A DNA stretch of 64,000 nt from Octopus bimaculoides (Eukaryota): assembly GCF_001194135.2 (NCBI RefSeq), contig NC_068981.1, forward strand, positions 8,511,074 through 8,575,073. The letters are read 5' to 3'. Below are positions 12,701-27,100 of the stretch, piece by piece. Each line of letters opens with the position of its first letter. Within the stretch, counting starts at the first letter, position 1. Under the pieces are notes generated by a model that was not told the origin of the DNA, ran no database searches, and was given only the letters and a program-made list of their open reading frames with translations. Position numbers and translations under genes: made by a program.

Positions 12701-15700
12701 ACCTTGGGCAAGTGTCTTGGGCCGACCAAAGCCAAGTGAGTCGATTTCGTAGACAGAAACTGAAAGAAGCCCATTGTGTGTGTGTGTGTGTGTGTGTCTA
12801 TCTGTTTCCCACCACCATTTGAAAATCGGTGTTGGTGTGTTTATGTCCCTGTTCTTAGTGGTTTGGCATAAAAGACCAATAGAATAAGTCCCAGGCTTAA
12901 AAAAATAAGCTCTGGAGTTAATACATTTGACTAGAGTTCTTCAAGGTGGTGCCCCAGCATGGCCATAGTCTAATGACTGAAACAAGTAAAAAGAAAAACA
13001 AAAAGAATACAACCAATACTCCGTTAATCCAAGCTAATCCACTTCTATTATAATATTACAAGCTTTTGTCTTTGAGAATGGCGTCTCAGGAAATATCTTT
13101 TATTCTGGTCTCACTGCAACATAACTTCAGTTTTTGCCAATTTCACACAATAATTCCTGACGATGCCAATCAGAAGGAATTTCCCTGAAATTTCTGGGAT
13201 TTAATTGATTTATTGAATGAAATTTGNNNNNNNNNNNNNNNNNNNNNNNNNNNNNNNNNNNNNNNNNNNNNNNNNNNNNNNNNNNNNNNNNNNNNNNNNN
13301 NNNNNNNNNNNNNNNNNNNNNNNNNNNNNNNNNNNNNNNNNNNNNNNNNNNNNNNNNNNNNNNNNNNNNNNNNNNNNNNNNNNNNNNNNNNNNNNNNNGG
13401 GGAAATAATAAAAGGGACTCACTTATGAAGGGTCCATGTTGATGTTTCTGATGTTCGCATTGTGCAGCCTATCCGGAACATTCCAACAGAACCTGTCAAA
13501 GTTGATATTCCTTTACACCAGCCATTCTTGCTGTTACTTAATTCTATGGGATCAGCCAGCACATGGTCCCCTTCAACTAACTCAAGTTCGTCTTCATTGT
13601 TTGAAGAATAACTCCGTGTTACTTCACGAACCTGTCGTAAAATATAACAAACAATTATTTTAGAATTACTAACACAACAACAACAACAACAACAACGATT
13701 TAATACTGAAACTCACAGGGAATATAAAAATGAAGAAGTTTTGTCTGTGAAAAAAAAAAAGTCCTTAAAGTTTAAATTCATGATGTATGCCAATGATGGA
13801 AGTGTGAATATCTGAACATGACAAAATCATCAGAACCACACACACACAAACATTTTATATATCACCATCATCATCACCATCATCATTTAATGTCAGTTTT
13901 TCCTGCTGGCATGGGTTGGACAGTTTGACCAAAACTTGTAAAGCCAAGGGCTGCACCAGGTTCCATTGCCTGTTCTAGTATGGCTTCTACAGCTGGATGC
14001 CCTTCCTAACACCAACCACTCTACAGAGTGCACTGGCTGCTTTTGAAGTGGCACCAACACTGGCATCAATTCTGCTGGGATGGACTGGTCTTCTTGGGTA
14101 CAGCCAAAGGGCCAGATATCTCAGTCCTTTGGCATCTTCATATGATTCAGTGTTTTGAGAGTGACCTTCAATACTTCCTCCCAGGTCTTCCTGGGTCTCC
14201 CTCTTCTACAAGTTCCATCCACTTCAAGTGACCAGCACTTCTGCACGCAACTGTCTACATCCATACACATCACATGACCAAACTAGTGCAGTCTTCTTTC
14301 TTTCAAACTGCCTCTAATTCCTCTCATGCCCAACTTTTCCCTCAAAACACTACTGCTCAGTCACACATGTATACTGACATTGAACATCTAACAGAACAAA
14401 CTAGCTCCATTCCTCTGTAGGTTTTGCATGTCTCACTACCATGTAGCATTTCTGTTTGTATACATGCATTATACAATCTTCCTTTCACTTGGAGAGAGAA
14501 ACCTTCGGTTGCCAACAGAGGTAAAAGCTCTCTGAATTTTCTCCATCTTATATTTATTCTAGCAATTACACCTTCCATACATCATCTCCCACAGGTAATT
14601 AGGTCCCCTAGTTAGCACAAATTATCCACTACCTCTAAAGAGCCTCTGGGGCATTTGAGAAAATCGATTTAGGTAAAAATTTAGGGTAGCTGCTTGAATT
14701 ACACAATGCACACTAAAAGTAATACTGACAGACTCTACCTACCAAGAAAGGAATGAGGCAGAAAGATACCATTAATACTACCATTTTAGAGTTGAAAAAT
14801 GATGATGTACGTAGTGAAGAAAGACTATTATCAGCAGCTAGAAATGTCCAAAAAATATTATCGACTCAGTCGGAGAATTAAAGAACAAAAAGAAGAATAA
14901 AAGAGCAAGCAGAGGGAAAGAAAGAGAATGACATGGCCGATTCATGCAACAAAGGATTCTGGTTATGGCTGACAGATGGAAACCTGAAATGAGAGACCAA
15001 AGTGCTAATTGTAGCTACTCAGGAAAAAAAAAACCCCATTTAGGACAAATTTGATAAAGGCAGATATTAACAAAACTCAGTCAGATTTCACACTTTACAA
15101 ATACTAGTATTACCATATATGGAGTGCAATATTGAAGTAATGGCAGTAAATTCAGGAAAATAATACAATAAAATAATGTAAAGTAAATACAATCAATAAA
15201 AAAATAAACGATGAAATCATCATCATCATCATCATCATCAAGGAAAAAAAATGTTTATTATAAAAGAATCACTTTGCAAAGATTTGGTTGACCATGCTGG
15301 AGTATTTAAATGAATAAATCATGTGATAAAAAGAGGATGAAATAAATAGAAGAATAGATAAACAAACAAACAGATTGAAAAGTAGGGAGAAAAGGAAAAA
15401 AAAACTTATGCACAAACACATACAGCTCATATGAATACTCTGAGAGACACTCGTACACATAATTCTACATATACATACTCACACATACATACAACAGTCT
15501 TCACACAAAATATTTATACCAAAATAATAAAAGAAGGAAGGGGCCTGAATGGAGGGGAAGGGTATGAATGGAAGGTGGGGTGGTTGAAACCCTAATGACT
15601 CTCTCTCAATAAACTAATCAATAAATCAGTTGATTATAGTTTCAAATATTATTTAATATTTACAGCTTTTGAACGTTTTTTTTTTTGCTTTTCAAATAGA

Positions 15701-15802
15701 AAAGTTTTTGATGTCCCTGTTTAGGTAGTGCTGGCCTGGTGTGTGTGCACGTGTGCGTGTGCATGTATGTGTGCACGTGTGTGTGTGTGCACGTGTGTGT
15801 GT

Positions 15803-15841
<39 letters not shown>

Positions 15842-16757
15842 ATCAAGACAGAGTGAAGGGTGATTTGTAAAGACATGTGTGTGGTATTAGAAGAGACACT
15901 GAATTGGTATTTAAATGGTTAATTATTGTAATTTGTCTAATCACTCTTCAAAAGACTTTTAAAGATCTCTTTTACTTTCAGGTAAATTCTTTAATTACCA
16001 TCTCAATCCAGTTCTTGTAAACTGAACGACAAAATAAACAAAGTGGTCAAGTGTATTATTAAATCAATATTTATTTCACCTGGAGACAGGTGTGATGGCT
16101 ACAGTTAATTACTCGACCATTTCTAAAGGTTATTTTGGTAAAATGAAATAAAATGTCTTTGAACACAAACAACACTGGCTGTTAAGATTTGAACCTCTGA
16201 CCCTTCAATTAGTGGCTGGATAATTTATCAATTCAACCAGTTTAGAAGTTTCCTAGGATTTCTTTATGAACAGCAGACTACAGTGCTTTGAGGCCCTTCA
16301 AAGTTGACGAATAGGAAGAATTATGTAGAGCTGATGGGGGTCAAGTAGCTGGCTGTGAAGGAAACATGAACTGGGGCGGGGAGCTGAAATATGGCAAAAG
16401 GGTCACATGGTGAAGTGTGTGTGTGTGTGTGGGGGAGCATATGAAATTCATAGGAGCAGATGCCATTGATGCAGTGGTGCAAAAGAGAACATTGCTTCAC
16501 TGTGAGAAACTTGTTGAAGTGTGTTGGCAAGTAAAAGATTTTTCTTTCTTTCTTACATCAGATGTCAGGAGAAAAGGTGGACATAGGCATAGGAGTGGCT
16601 GTGTGGTAAGTAGCTTGCTTACCAACCACATGGTTCTGGGTTCATTTCCACTGCGTAGCACCTTGGGCAAGTGTCTTCCACTATAGCCTCGGGCCGACCA
16701 AAGCCTTGTGAGTGGATTTGGTAGACGGAAACTGAAAAAAGCCCATCATATATATGC

Positions 16758-16796
<39 letters not shown>

Positions 16797-18345
16797 NNNN
16801 NNNNNNNNNNNNNNNNNNNNNNNNNNNNNNNNNNNNNNNNNNNNNNNNNNNNNNNNNNNNNNNNNNNNNNNNNNNNNNNNNNNNNNNNNNNNNNNNNNNN
16901 TATATGTATGTATGTGTGTGTATATGTTTGTGTTTGTGTGTGTGTGTTTGTCCCCCCACCATCGCTTGACAACCGATGTTGGTGTGTTTACATCCCCGTA
17001 ACTTAGGGGTTCGGCAAAATAAACCGATAGAATAAGTACTAGGCTTACAAAGAATAAGTCCCGGGGGTCGATTTGCTCGACTAAAGGCGGTGCTCCAGCA
17101 TGGCCACAGCCAAATGACAGAAACAAATAAAAGAATATCCAGAACGTGTGTGAAATGAGAGCAAGTAACTCCTGTGTTAGGACAAACTTGTGCAAGACAG
17201 AAGAACTCCAGCATAGGGACAAGTCTGTAGCCGAGGGTTGGCAGCTCTTCTCTGTTGAAGTAGCTTTCAGTCTTAAAATGTGAAGCCAACCCTTGGCTTG
17301 CGGGGGGTGTCACCATGTGTGGTCAGTAAAGATGATCAAAATTTAGTTTTTACAGAGAGTTCAGGAACATTAGGAGGACAAAATCAATTTCAGATAGATT
17401 GAAACAAATTGTTAGAAAAATGGTAAACAGCATTTGGGTACTAACCTCACATTCTCCTGCCCTTGGATCACGAGAATATAACCGAAATTCCCATTTGACA
17501 TCAGAATTCAAATCTATTTCTTTGGCATATCTCAAAAGACGTTCATGCTGGTCTTTTGAATATTGGTAAGCTAACGTCATGTGTAACTGCTGCCGACGTG
17601 GATCCATTGTGACTCCTACAAAGAGAAGAATCAGGAGAGTCATTAACAAATCCTTTCAACCTGACAGGAAATCCTTAGAATCTTGAAGATTAAGAAATCT
17701 CTGAGTTTTATAGCTGAGATGACAATGATGATGATGATGATGATGATGAAGCTCCAGCAGAATCCCTGTGTGACGACAGGCAGACTACAATCCATATGAA
17801 GGGCTTCCACACAGTTTCTATCTACCGAAATTAAATCCCTACAAATTTTGAGTTGACCCAAGACTGGTGAAAGGCACCAGAAAGATTGAACTCAGAACCT
17901 CATAATTATGAAGTGAGTTCCTTAATCACTCAGCCACCTCTCTCTCTCTCACTCTTTCCCTTCCCCTTAACCCCTTAACCCAGAAGGAAATGATAATTTT
18001 GTGATGATAATGTTTTGATGTAAAGTTATTAACTGAAGAAAGCATTTCGTGAAGTTGACTTGAATGGGCAGCGGTGGTGGTGGTGGTGGCAGCGGCGGCA
18101 CCACCACCACCACCACTACCAATAACAAATGTTTCTAATATAAGCCTAAGGCCAACAACTTTGTAGGGAGGGGCTTGGTTTAATCACACAGAGCCCAATA
18201 CTTCTCTGGTATTGTATTTTTACTGACCCTGCAGGGATGATAGGCTAAGGTGACTCATGCAGAATTTGAACTCAGAGCATAAAGAGTCAAAAGAGATACT
18301 GCAAAACATTTTGTTGCACTCTAAGGATTCTGCTAATCCACCAAC

Positions 18346-18380
<35 letters not shown>

Positions 18381-21094
18381 GTCCTTTCTACTAAAGGCAT
18401 AATAAGGCCTGGTGGGAGGGAACTAGTCCATTACATTGAACCCAGTACGTAACCAGTACTTAATTTATCAACCTCGAAAGGATTAAAGGTAAAGTTGACC
18501 TCGGCGGAATTTGAACTCAAAATGTATCAGCAGACGAAATACCGCTATGCATTTCACCCAGCTCAATAATAATGATAATAATAATAATAATAATAATGAT
18601 GGAGGATGATACATGAAAGTTCAGCTTTTGCCAAACGACCTGCACAAACGATTTGTTTATAGCAATCAAATGTAAGTGCCATACATTGGCTCCCACCCTC
18701 CACCAAATCAAACGGCAGGATAAGATATCAAATGTGAAAATTTAATGAAGATGCAATATCTCCATCATGGAAAGCTGTTGAGGATTCAGTGTAGAAGGGT
18801 AAAGGTTGTCGATCACATTCCAAAACTTCTTGTGAATGGCCTCTGAAGGATTCCATAGTAAAAGAAATCATTACTGTCCCCATTTTGACTTCATAGAAGA
18901 ATCCGTTCCTGGACTCAAACGATATTCATGCATCCAATGCAAATAGTAGTAGATTCTTTTTTTCTTTTTTTGTCAACACATTTTTTTCCTTTTTATTATT
19001 AATCCTTTCCTTCAAACACTCATGCATCAAAATCGACAGGGGTGGCCAGTATTATCATTATTGTTATTATTGTTATTACTGTCCATACCAGCGCAATCGT
19101 CTGTGCAAGAGAGACGATTGCGCTGGTATGGACATGTGGTGAGAATGGATGAGGATAGCTGCGTGAAAAAGTGCCACACCCTAACAGTTGAGGGAACCCG
19201 TGGAAGAGGTAGGCCCAGGAAGACCTGGGCTGAGGTGGTGAGGCAAGACCTTCGTACATTGGGCCTCACCGAGGCGATGACTACTGACCGAGACCTTTGG
19301 AAATGTGCTGTGCGTGAGAAGACCCGGCAAGCCAAGTAAGATTGTTGCCAGTGCCCCTGGACTGGCTCTTGTGCGGGTGGCACATGAGATGCACCATTTT
19401 GAGCGTGGCCATTGCCAGTACCGNNNNNNNNNNNNNNNNNNNNNNNNNNNNNNNNNNNNNNNNNNNNNNNNNNNNNNNNNNNNNNNNNNNNNNNNNNNNN
19501 NNNNNNNNNNNNNNNNNNNNNNGTAAAAGCACCCACTACACTCTCTGAGTGGTTGGCGTTAGGAAGGGCATCCAGCTGTAGAAACTCTGCCAAATTAGAT
19601 TGGAGCCTGGTGTTGCCATTCGGTTTCACCAGTCCTCAGTCAAATCGTCCAACCCATGCTAGCATGGAAAGCGGACGTTAAACGATGATGATGATGATGA
19701 TGATGATGATTAAGGCAGTAAGCTGGCAGAATTGTTAGCAGAGTGGGTAAAGTGCTTAGCAGCATTTCATTTGTCTTTATGTTCTGAGTTCAAATTCCAC
19801 TAAGGTCAACTTGTCTTTCATCCTTTCGGGGTTGATGAAATAAGTACCAGTTGAGTACTGGGGGTCAATGTAATTGACTTACCCCCCACTCCTTGAAATT
19901 GCTGGCTTTCAGTCAAAATTTTAAACCATTATTATTTCAAATTTTTCCAGAAGGTGAGCAATTTTAAGGGTTGGGGTCAGTAAATTATATTGAGTCCAGT
20001 ACTCGACTCTTACAACTGGTACTTCGTTTTATCAGACCCAAAAGGATGAAAGACAGAGTGAGCCTCAGCAGGATTTGAACTCGGACAATTAAAAGCTGAA
20101 ACAAATATCAAAGTTTTTTTCTTTCTTTCTGAATCTGCTCATTGCTTTAACAATAATTGTTTCCAAAATAGGCACAAAATGATGTGGTGGGGGAGGCGCT
20201 TTGATAGATAAAATTCACTGTACTACTTGACTTTAATTAACCCCAAAAGGATGAGAGGCTAAGATGACCTTGGCTGCATTTAGTGCAAAGTATTTTGTCT
20301 CATGCTTGAATGCTTTTGTAATTTCACCATCCTTTATAGTGATGATGATGATGATGATTAGTCAGATTGGAGATGAACACCCATTATATGAGGGAGGAAG
20401 AGAATGGAGTCAGTTGAACTGACCTACACATATTACTGGTATGAAAGGCTGAGTGAAATTCCAATGACTTTTGAAGTCAGAATGTGAAAACAGAGAGCAA
20501 AATAGAAAATATCTAGGACTGTTCTTGAATTCATTCTCTTGCATGCTGACCCTTAAAAAGAGCAAAGGATTTCTTTGATTGGCAGGAAGTTACAAATTTG
20601 TTGGGAAAGAATTGAATCAGCCCCATGTAAATGGTTGGTAGTTCTTTAGTGAGAAATGACCATTCCTGTTTTATGTAACAGCTGTGGCTCAGTAATAAAT
20701 CGTTGACTAATAAACTGTGATTTTAAACTTTGATTATTGGTCGAAATATCGTCCCTTAATGTTTAGAAAGGGAAAACTGTCTTTTAGATTCCTTGGAAAC
20801 TTCAGTTTGAATTGAATTCATCATTTTAAGTTTCCAACAGACACCATTACCATTTGAAGCTTCAGAAAGAAGAGACAAAAACCAGCTCAAATTCTTTTCC
20901 CAATTACTTTTGCTGTAGTTGGAAACATTTTATCACAAAATCTGCAAGTTCTATTTATAGACATAGATTTGAAATTGTCAAAGAATTGCTGTTCCACATA
21001 AAAGGTTGAACCATTTTACTGTATCATGAATTTGGAAATGAAATTCCTCTCCAGAGATTCTTTAGCTAAGAACCCTGATTATGGAAACATAATA

Positions 21095-21128
<34 letters not shown>

Positions 21129-24100
21129 CATCTGTTTTCCATGCTACGGACAATTTGACAGGAGCTGGCAAAGCAGAGGGCTGCACCAAGCTCCAGTCAT
21201 CTGTTTTGACATGGTGCCTGTGGCTGGATACCCTTTCTAATGCCAGCCACTTTACAGAGTGGACTGGATGCCAACACAGGGGCCTATTTATGTGGCACTG
21301 GCACATGTGTTTTTACATGGCACACACACACACACACACACACACACTTGAACTCGAAGACCCCTCCCCCTCTGCTTTGGTCATGAATGACCACGGGNNN
21401 NNNNNNNNNNNNNNNNNNNNNNNNNNNNNNNNNNNNNNNNNNNNNNNNNNNNNNNNNNNNNNNNNNNNNNNNNNNNNNNNNNNNNNNNNNNNNNNNNNNN
21501 NNNNNNNNNNNNNNNNNNNNNNNNNNNNNNNNTACCCAAAGGAAAGGCAAAGGGGCCGATACAGCTTGGCACCAGTGATGTCGCAACTCATTTCTACAGC
21601 TGAGTGAACCAGAGCAACGTGAAATAGAGCGTCTTGCTCAAGAACACAACTCACAGCCTGATCTGGGAACTGAAGTCAGAACTTCATGACTGTAAGCCCA
21701 ATGCTCTAAGCACTGAGCTATGCACTTTCACACACAAAGATATATAGTGCAGTGAATGTCCATCTCTTACGAAATCCTGGCATGCACATCACCAGAGATA
21801 AGTGTAAACGAACAGTAACTGTCACACAATGACCAAGTCCACCTTGTCTGTCTTCACCTCAGNNNNNNNNNNTAAACGAACAGTAACTGTCACACAATGA
21901 CCAAGTCCACCTTGTCTGTCTTCACCTCAGGGCTATCTGAGGTTTTTGTGGTGAAATAGTCCCAAATAACCTGGAGTGGTTTGACCTCCAGGTCAATTCA
22001 GCCATTTGGAAGACCTTTAACAAAAACATCTTAGAGTAAATAACACGAGAGTGTCTCACTGCCGCCACCGCCAAACACGATTACAATCACAGTCATTTAT
22101 CATTCTGTATTGTCACGCTGTCAGTTATGGTTGAACTATGAGAAATGATATCAAAAAATATAATTAGAAGAAATATTTCTCCTCATTGCTTTGGGAAGTA
22201 CATTCCATTCTAGTCACACCAATTACACATGCTCTATTTACTGTATAATGTTGCCACACCTTTCTCAGGTTGCTATGGTAACAAATGTGGTCATAGAGAC
22301 GACCCAGGAAGGAGATATTCAATGCCTCTGATCACAAGTTTGGTGAATGATAATGAGTACAGCGGTGAAGCAAAGTATATTAAATTATTATAAAAGTATA
22401 ATTAAGTCAATGAGTCTGATATACGAGGCAGTTCTCACAAGTTATAAATATATACATGGACACCTGGCACACCATACACAACAAGTGGTGAGAAAATGTG
22501 GATTTCAGAGGTAAACTATGAGAAAAGTTAGAATACTCAAGAAAATTCTAAGAATTTAAAAGGAAAAAAAAAAAAANNNNNNNNNNAAAAAAAAAAAAAA
22601 AGGAGAATAAATCAATGGGAAGTTTGAATGGTTTATGTAAAAAGGTTTCAAGAAAAATAAAATGAAATTCATTCCATTCACTCATTCTATAATGTCCAGC
22701 TCAGTTAGCTCAGCCAAAATGTAACTGCTACTAAATATGCCGAGTACCTCTTTCCCAAGTTTATCCACTCCCCTGTGTGTGTTTGTATGTGAATGATGAA
22801 TGATGTGAATGATGTGAAATTAGACCAAAATATACTGTGGAACCTGCTAAACACTTGGAATAAAATCTCCATATTCATTGTGCCAGATATGATTATAGTA
22901 TTTGACCAGTTATCTTCGTAAATGCTACACCAAACATATAGCAGGTTGCCACTATAAATTGCATTAATTAATGCTCATTAATTTGTCCAAGATTAGCTTT
23001 TGCACTATCCAAAACAACAAAAATTCAAGTTTGGAATTTCATTCATTGAAACTGTTGTTATTAGAAACCAACCTATCAGTGGATTAATCCTCCACAAAAG
23101 GCAGGAACCAGAAACATTTTTGCAGTTGCTGACTGAAAACACCAATAGAGGCATTACGCCAGCCTCCCTTCACCCTATCCAACTACATACCACTTCTCTC
23201 TCCCTCTCTCGTCCTTCTCCTGTCTACTGTATCATCATTACTATTCTGCTGATCTCCTTACCTCCCCTAACTCTTGCATCATTGATTCATCCATCATTCA
23301 CTACTTTCACCCTTCAAACCTACCCCTCTTCCTCTTCCCAAGTCCCTCTGACCCCTGTACTTTCTAACAACCTCCACCCACCCACACTCCTGGTCCCATT
23401 CACTTCTATTCACTTTACAGCTTGAGGGTCCACCTGGACAATTCACCATTATTTCCATCTCTTTCCAAGCTCCATCCAATCACTTCCATCCTCTCGTCTA
23501 AAATCTTGTCTGTTTTCGGAGTTATTGGGAAAGGGCAGACTCTCTAATGTCAGGCTCACAATAAAATGAACGTTGAGAATTCAGTAAAGTGTTTGCTGTT
23601 AGGAAACAAATCCGATTGTTGAACAGAAGCTAAAACATACAAGATGTGGCCCTCCAAACTGTCTAATGGGGGCCACTCTAAATAAAGAGTTTGACCTGGA
23701 TTCTGACAAGCATTCAACCCATCCATGTGAAAAGCAGGTGGAAAATAATGATGATGATGATGATGATGATAAAGGGAGAGAACTTTTAAACTGCTCAAAG
23801 ACAGAGAAGATAACCAGAAACAGTATATATCATCATCATCGTTCTATGCTGGCATGGGTTGGAGAGTTTGACTTAGGATTGGCAACCGAGGAGGCTGCAC
23901 CAAGCTCCAGTCTGATTTGACAAGGTTTCTACAGCTGGATGCCTTTCCTAACGCCAACCACTCCAAGAGTGAGTGCTTTTTATGTGCTACCGACACAGGT
24001 GCCAGTCAGGCAGCACTGGCATTGGCCATGCTCGAATGGTGCTTTTTACGTGCCACCGGCATGGGTGGCAGTCTATCTATCTATCTATAGATAGATAGAT

Positions 24101-27100
24101 AGATAGGTAGATAGATGCTTTATATAGATAGATAGTTAGGAGAAGTCCCAGCTGTTTCTTCTTGAAGCACTAATAGGAAACTCCTTACATTGTCTATCTA
24201 CCATGCAAATCTTTGAAATTCCAAATGGCCAAGCTTTGAAATTCCAAATGGCCAAGCTCTTTTGGCCAAGCAAAGCTTGGCTAAAAGAGCAAGAATCCTG
24301 AAAAATTCACTTGATCTGGGAACGTTTTTAAACTTCAAAACAAAAGTGTTCAGTCAATACCTCATTAGAGAAAATTGATGTTGGAAACATAGAATTCCCC
24401 CTTTGCTGGTTAGGGAAATACTGCCCTTTTCCAGGCCTATTTGGCAGGTCTGTCATAAACATAACTGGAACTGATCAAAGGGGGATAACTCTGCCTCATC
24501 CAAAGTTTCATTGCAGAATTTTGCTTTGTTTACAAAATAAACTGACCATGACGTCTTCCTGAGGTGTTATGTACCTTCAACCATTTCAGTCTGATGAGTG
24601 GCCTATACAGCATTGCTCTAGTTCACTCAGCTGTAGAAATGAGTTGCGACATCACTGGAGCCAAGTTGTATCAGCCCCTTTGCCTTGCTCTTGGATAACA
24701 TCAGTTGTGTGGAGAGGGGAGGCTGGTATGCATGGGCGACTGCTGGTCTTCCATAAACAACCTTGCCCGGACTTGTGCCTTTCAAGGTGGAATCCCATGG
24801 TCAGTCATGACCGAACGGGGTCTTTATATATATAAATAAATAAAGCTAGTATTCTCCATTGGATGTGCAGCATCAGTGTGCATGTACGACAAAGTGCATA
24901 TATGTGTTGAGAGAAAAGTTGGGCATAAGAGGAATCAAATGCAGCATGCAAGAGAAGAAGACTATGTTGGTTTGGACATGTGATGCGTATGAATGAGGAC
25001 AGAGGTATAAAGAAGTGAAAGGGATCTGTAGAAGAAGAAATGGGACAAAGTATTGAGGGTGAATCTCAAGATGCTGAGCCTTGCAGAAGGCAAAACAAGG
25101 GACTGAGACAATTAGAATTTTGCTGTGAAGATGACACACGTCCATTATAGCAAATATAATAAAACCATCAGTTCTGCTTTTATGTGTGAGGTCTTGTCTC
25201 TCCTCCTCCTCTCACGTACACATCAAGTATACCCTCCCCCACCACCATTTTCATCCCTCCTCCATCTATGCTATCATTTGGCTGCTGTACTCACCTTGAG
25301 AGCAGAGTTGGCTTGTATTATATGCCATCCCCTCCCTAACAGTCTCCCACATTCCTCATCATCCCCACCCACATCCTTTCAACCAGTCCCCTCCTCTTTG
25401 TACCCTCAGCCACTNNNNNNNNNNNNNNNNNNNNNNNNNNNNNNNNNNNNNNNNNNNNNNNNNNNNNNNNNNNNNNNNNNNNNNNNNNNNNNNNNNNNNN
25501 NNNNNNNNNNNNNNNNNNNNNNNNNNNNNNNNNNNNNNNNNNNNNNNNNNNNNNNNNNNNNNNNNNNNNNNNNNNNNNNNNNNNNNNNNNNNNNNNNNNN
25601 NNNNNNNNNNNNNNNNNNNNNNNNNNNNNNNNNNNNNNNNNNNNNNNNNNNNNNNNNNNNNNNNNNNNNNNNNNNNNNNNNNNNNNNNNNNNNNNNNNNN
25701 NNNNNNNNNNNNNNNNNNNNNNNNNNNNNNNNNNNNNNNNNNNNNNNNNNNNNCTCATCACTCATTACATTAACCACTCTATTACTCCCCTCTTTATCCT
25801 CCCCTTCACCCTCTTACGAAAGCATCCACTCTCTCAGCCCCTCCCATGGCTCTCTCTCTCTCTCTCTCCATATCCTCTCTCTTATGTTCACACCATCACC
25901 ACCCTCCTTTTATCTCCTTCAGTTATATATCTCTTCTATAGCAAGACCCCTGTGCTTGTCCCTCTATCAAGACCCGGCATAAACCACACATCTCCATCTT
26001 CCCCACCCAAATACTTCCTCTCAGAAGTGAAAGCTTTTCCCCTTTTCCTTTTTCTCGGTTCTTTTCCAGTTCCAGTTTTGCAAGTTCCATGGCAACCTCA
26101 CAAGCACCAGTGCCACTCTGTAAAATGGTTGTCATTAAGAAGGGAATCCAGCCAGAGAAACCATTCCAAAGATGACATTGGAGCTTCACGTCGTGACCTT
26201 GCACTTCTCCAGTTCGCTGGAAATCATCCAACTCACACCAGCACAGAAAGCAGATATCATATGATGATGTGATGAGATATATATGCGCGAGTGTGTGTGT
26301 TTGTGTGTACACAGTATAAATATATATTTTACACAAACAATATGGTTTATGTATTTTTCCCTTCCTCATAAATATTCTTCAAAAGCAAACATTCTTTCTT
26401 CGATTTCACACTTGGAATGAAATGTAATATCAGTCACCAGTTTAGAAAGAGAGAGATACAAGCCAACAACACCACCACCAACAACAGCAACAACATGTGT
26501 CACTGAATACTTTTAATCGGGAACAAATATTCTTGTTTTTCTGATTGTTATTTCATAAACTGATTAGAAAATGCTGACATGTATCGAGAGTGACAAACAG
26601 ACAAGCAGATTCTATAAAAGACAATCTCTGAATATTTAAGACTAAAATGTCACAAAGATAAAACATTAAGGTAGAAATCTGTGTTTACATACAGGTGTGT
26701 AAATAATTTGCAGGTGAGTGGATTCACATATGCAAACGTCTGTATATAAGTCTATGCACATGTGTGTCTATATATATATAGACACACATGCACATTGGCA
26801 GTTTGCTGGAACATGTAATGACATGCTGGTAAAATTTGAAATAAAACTTCAAAAGAAATAATGAAGATAAAAAAAAAAAGACAAAAAACTGAGTGTAAGG
26901 AAAAAAGAAAAGAAGAAAAACCTTACCTACTTTACGAATCTCTTCAGCATAATCAGCAACAATTTCCTCCAAGAAATCATAATAACATTTCTGTACTAAG
27001 AGACCGATAAAGTTGACTTGAGAGAAAAACTCAAGTTCTAAGTGGCCTGGCGCTTTTAACAGTTTCTCTTGGAGTTTATTTAAAGCTTTGGTCAAATAGG

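Noticed and set aside
13150-13195. CTGACGA...GAAA as a hammerhead
   Set aside because: No stem II closing pair and no stem III or stem I.
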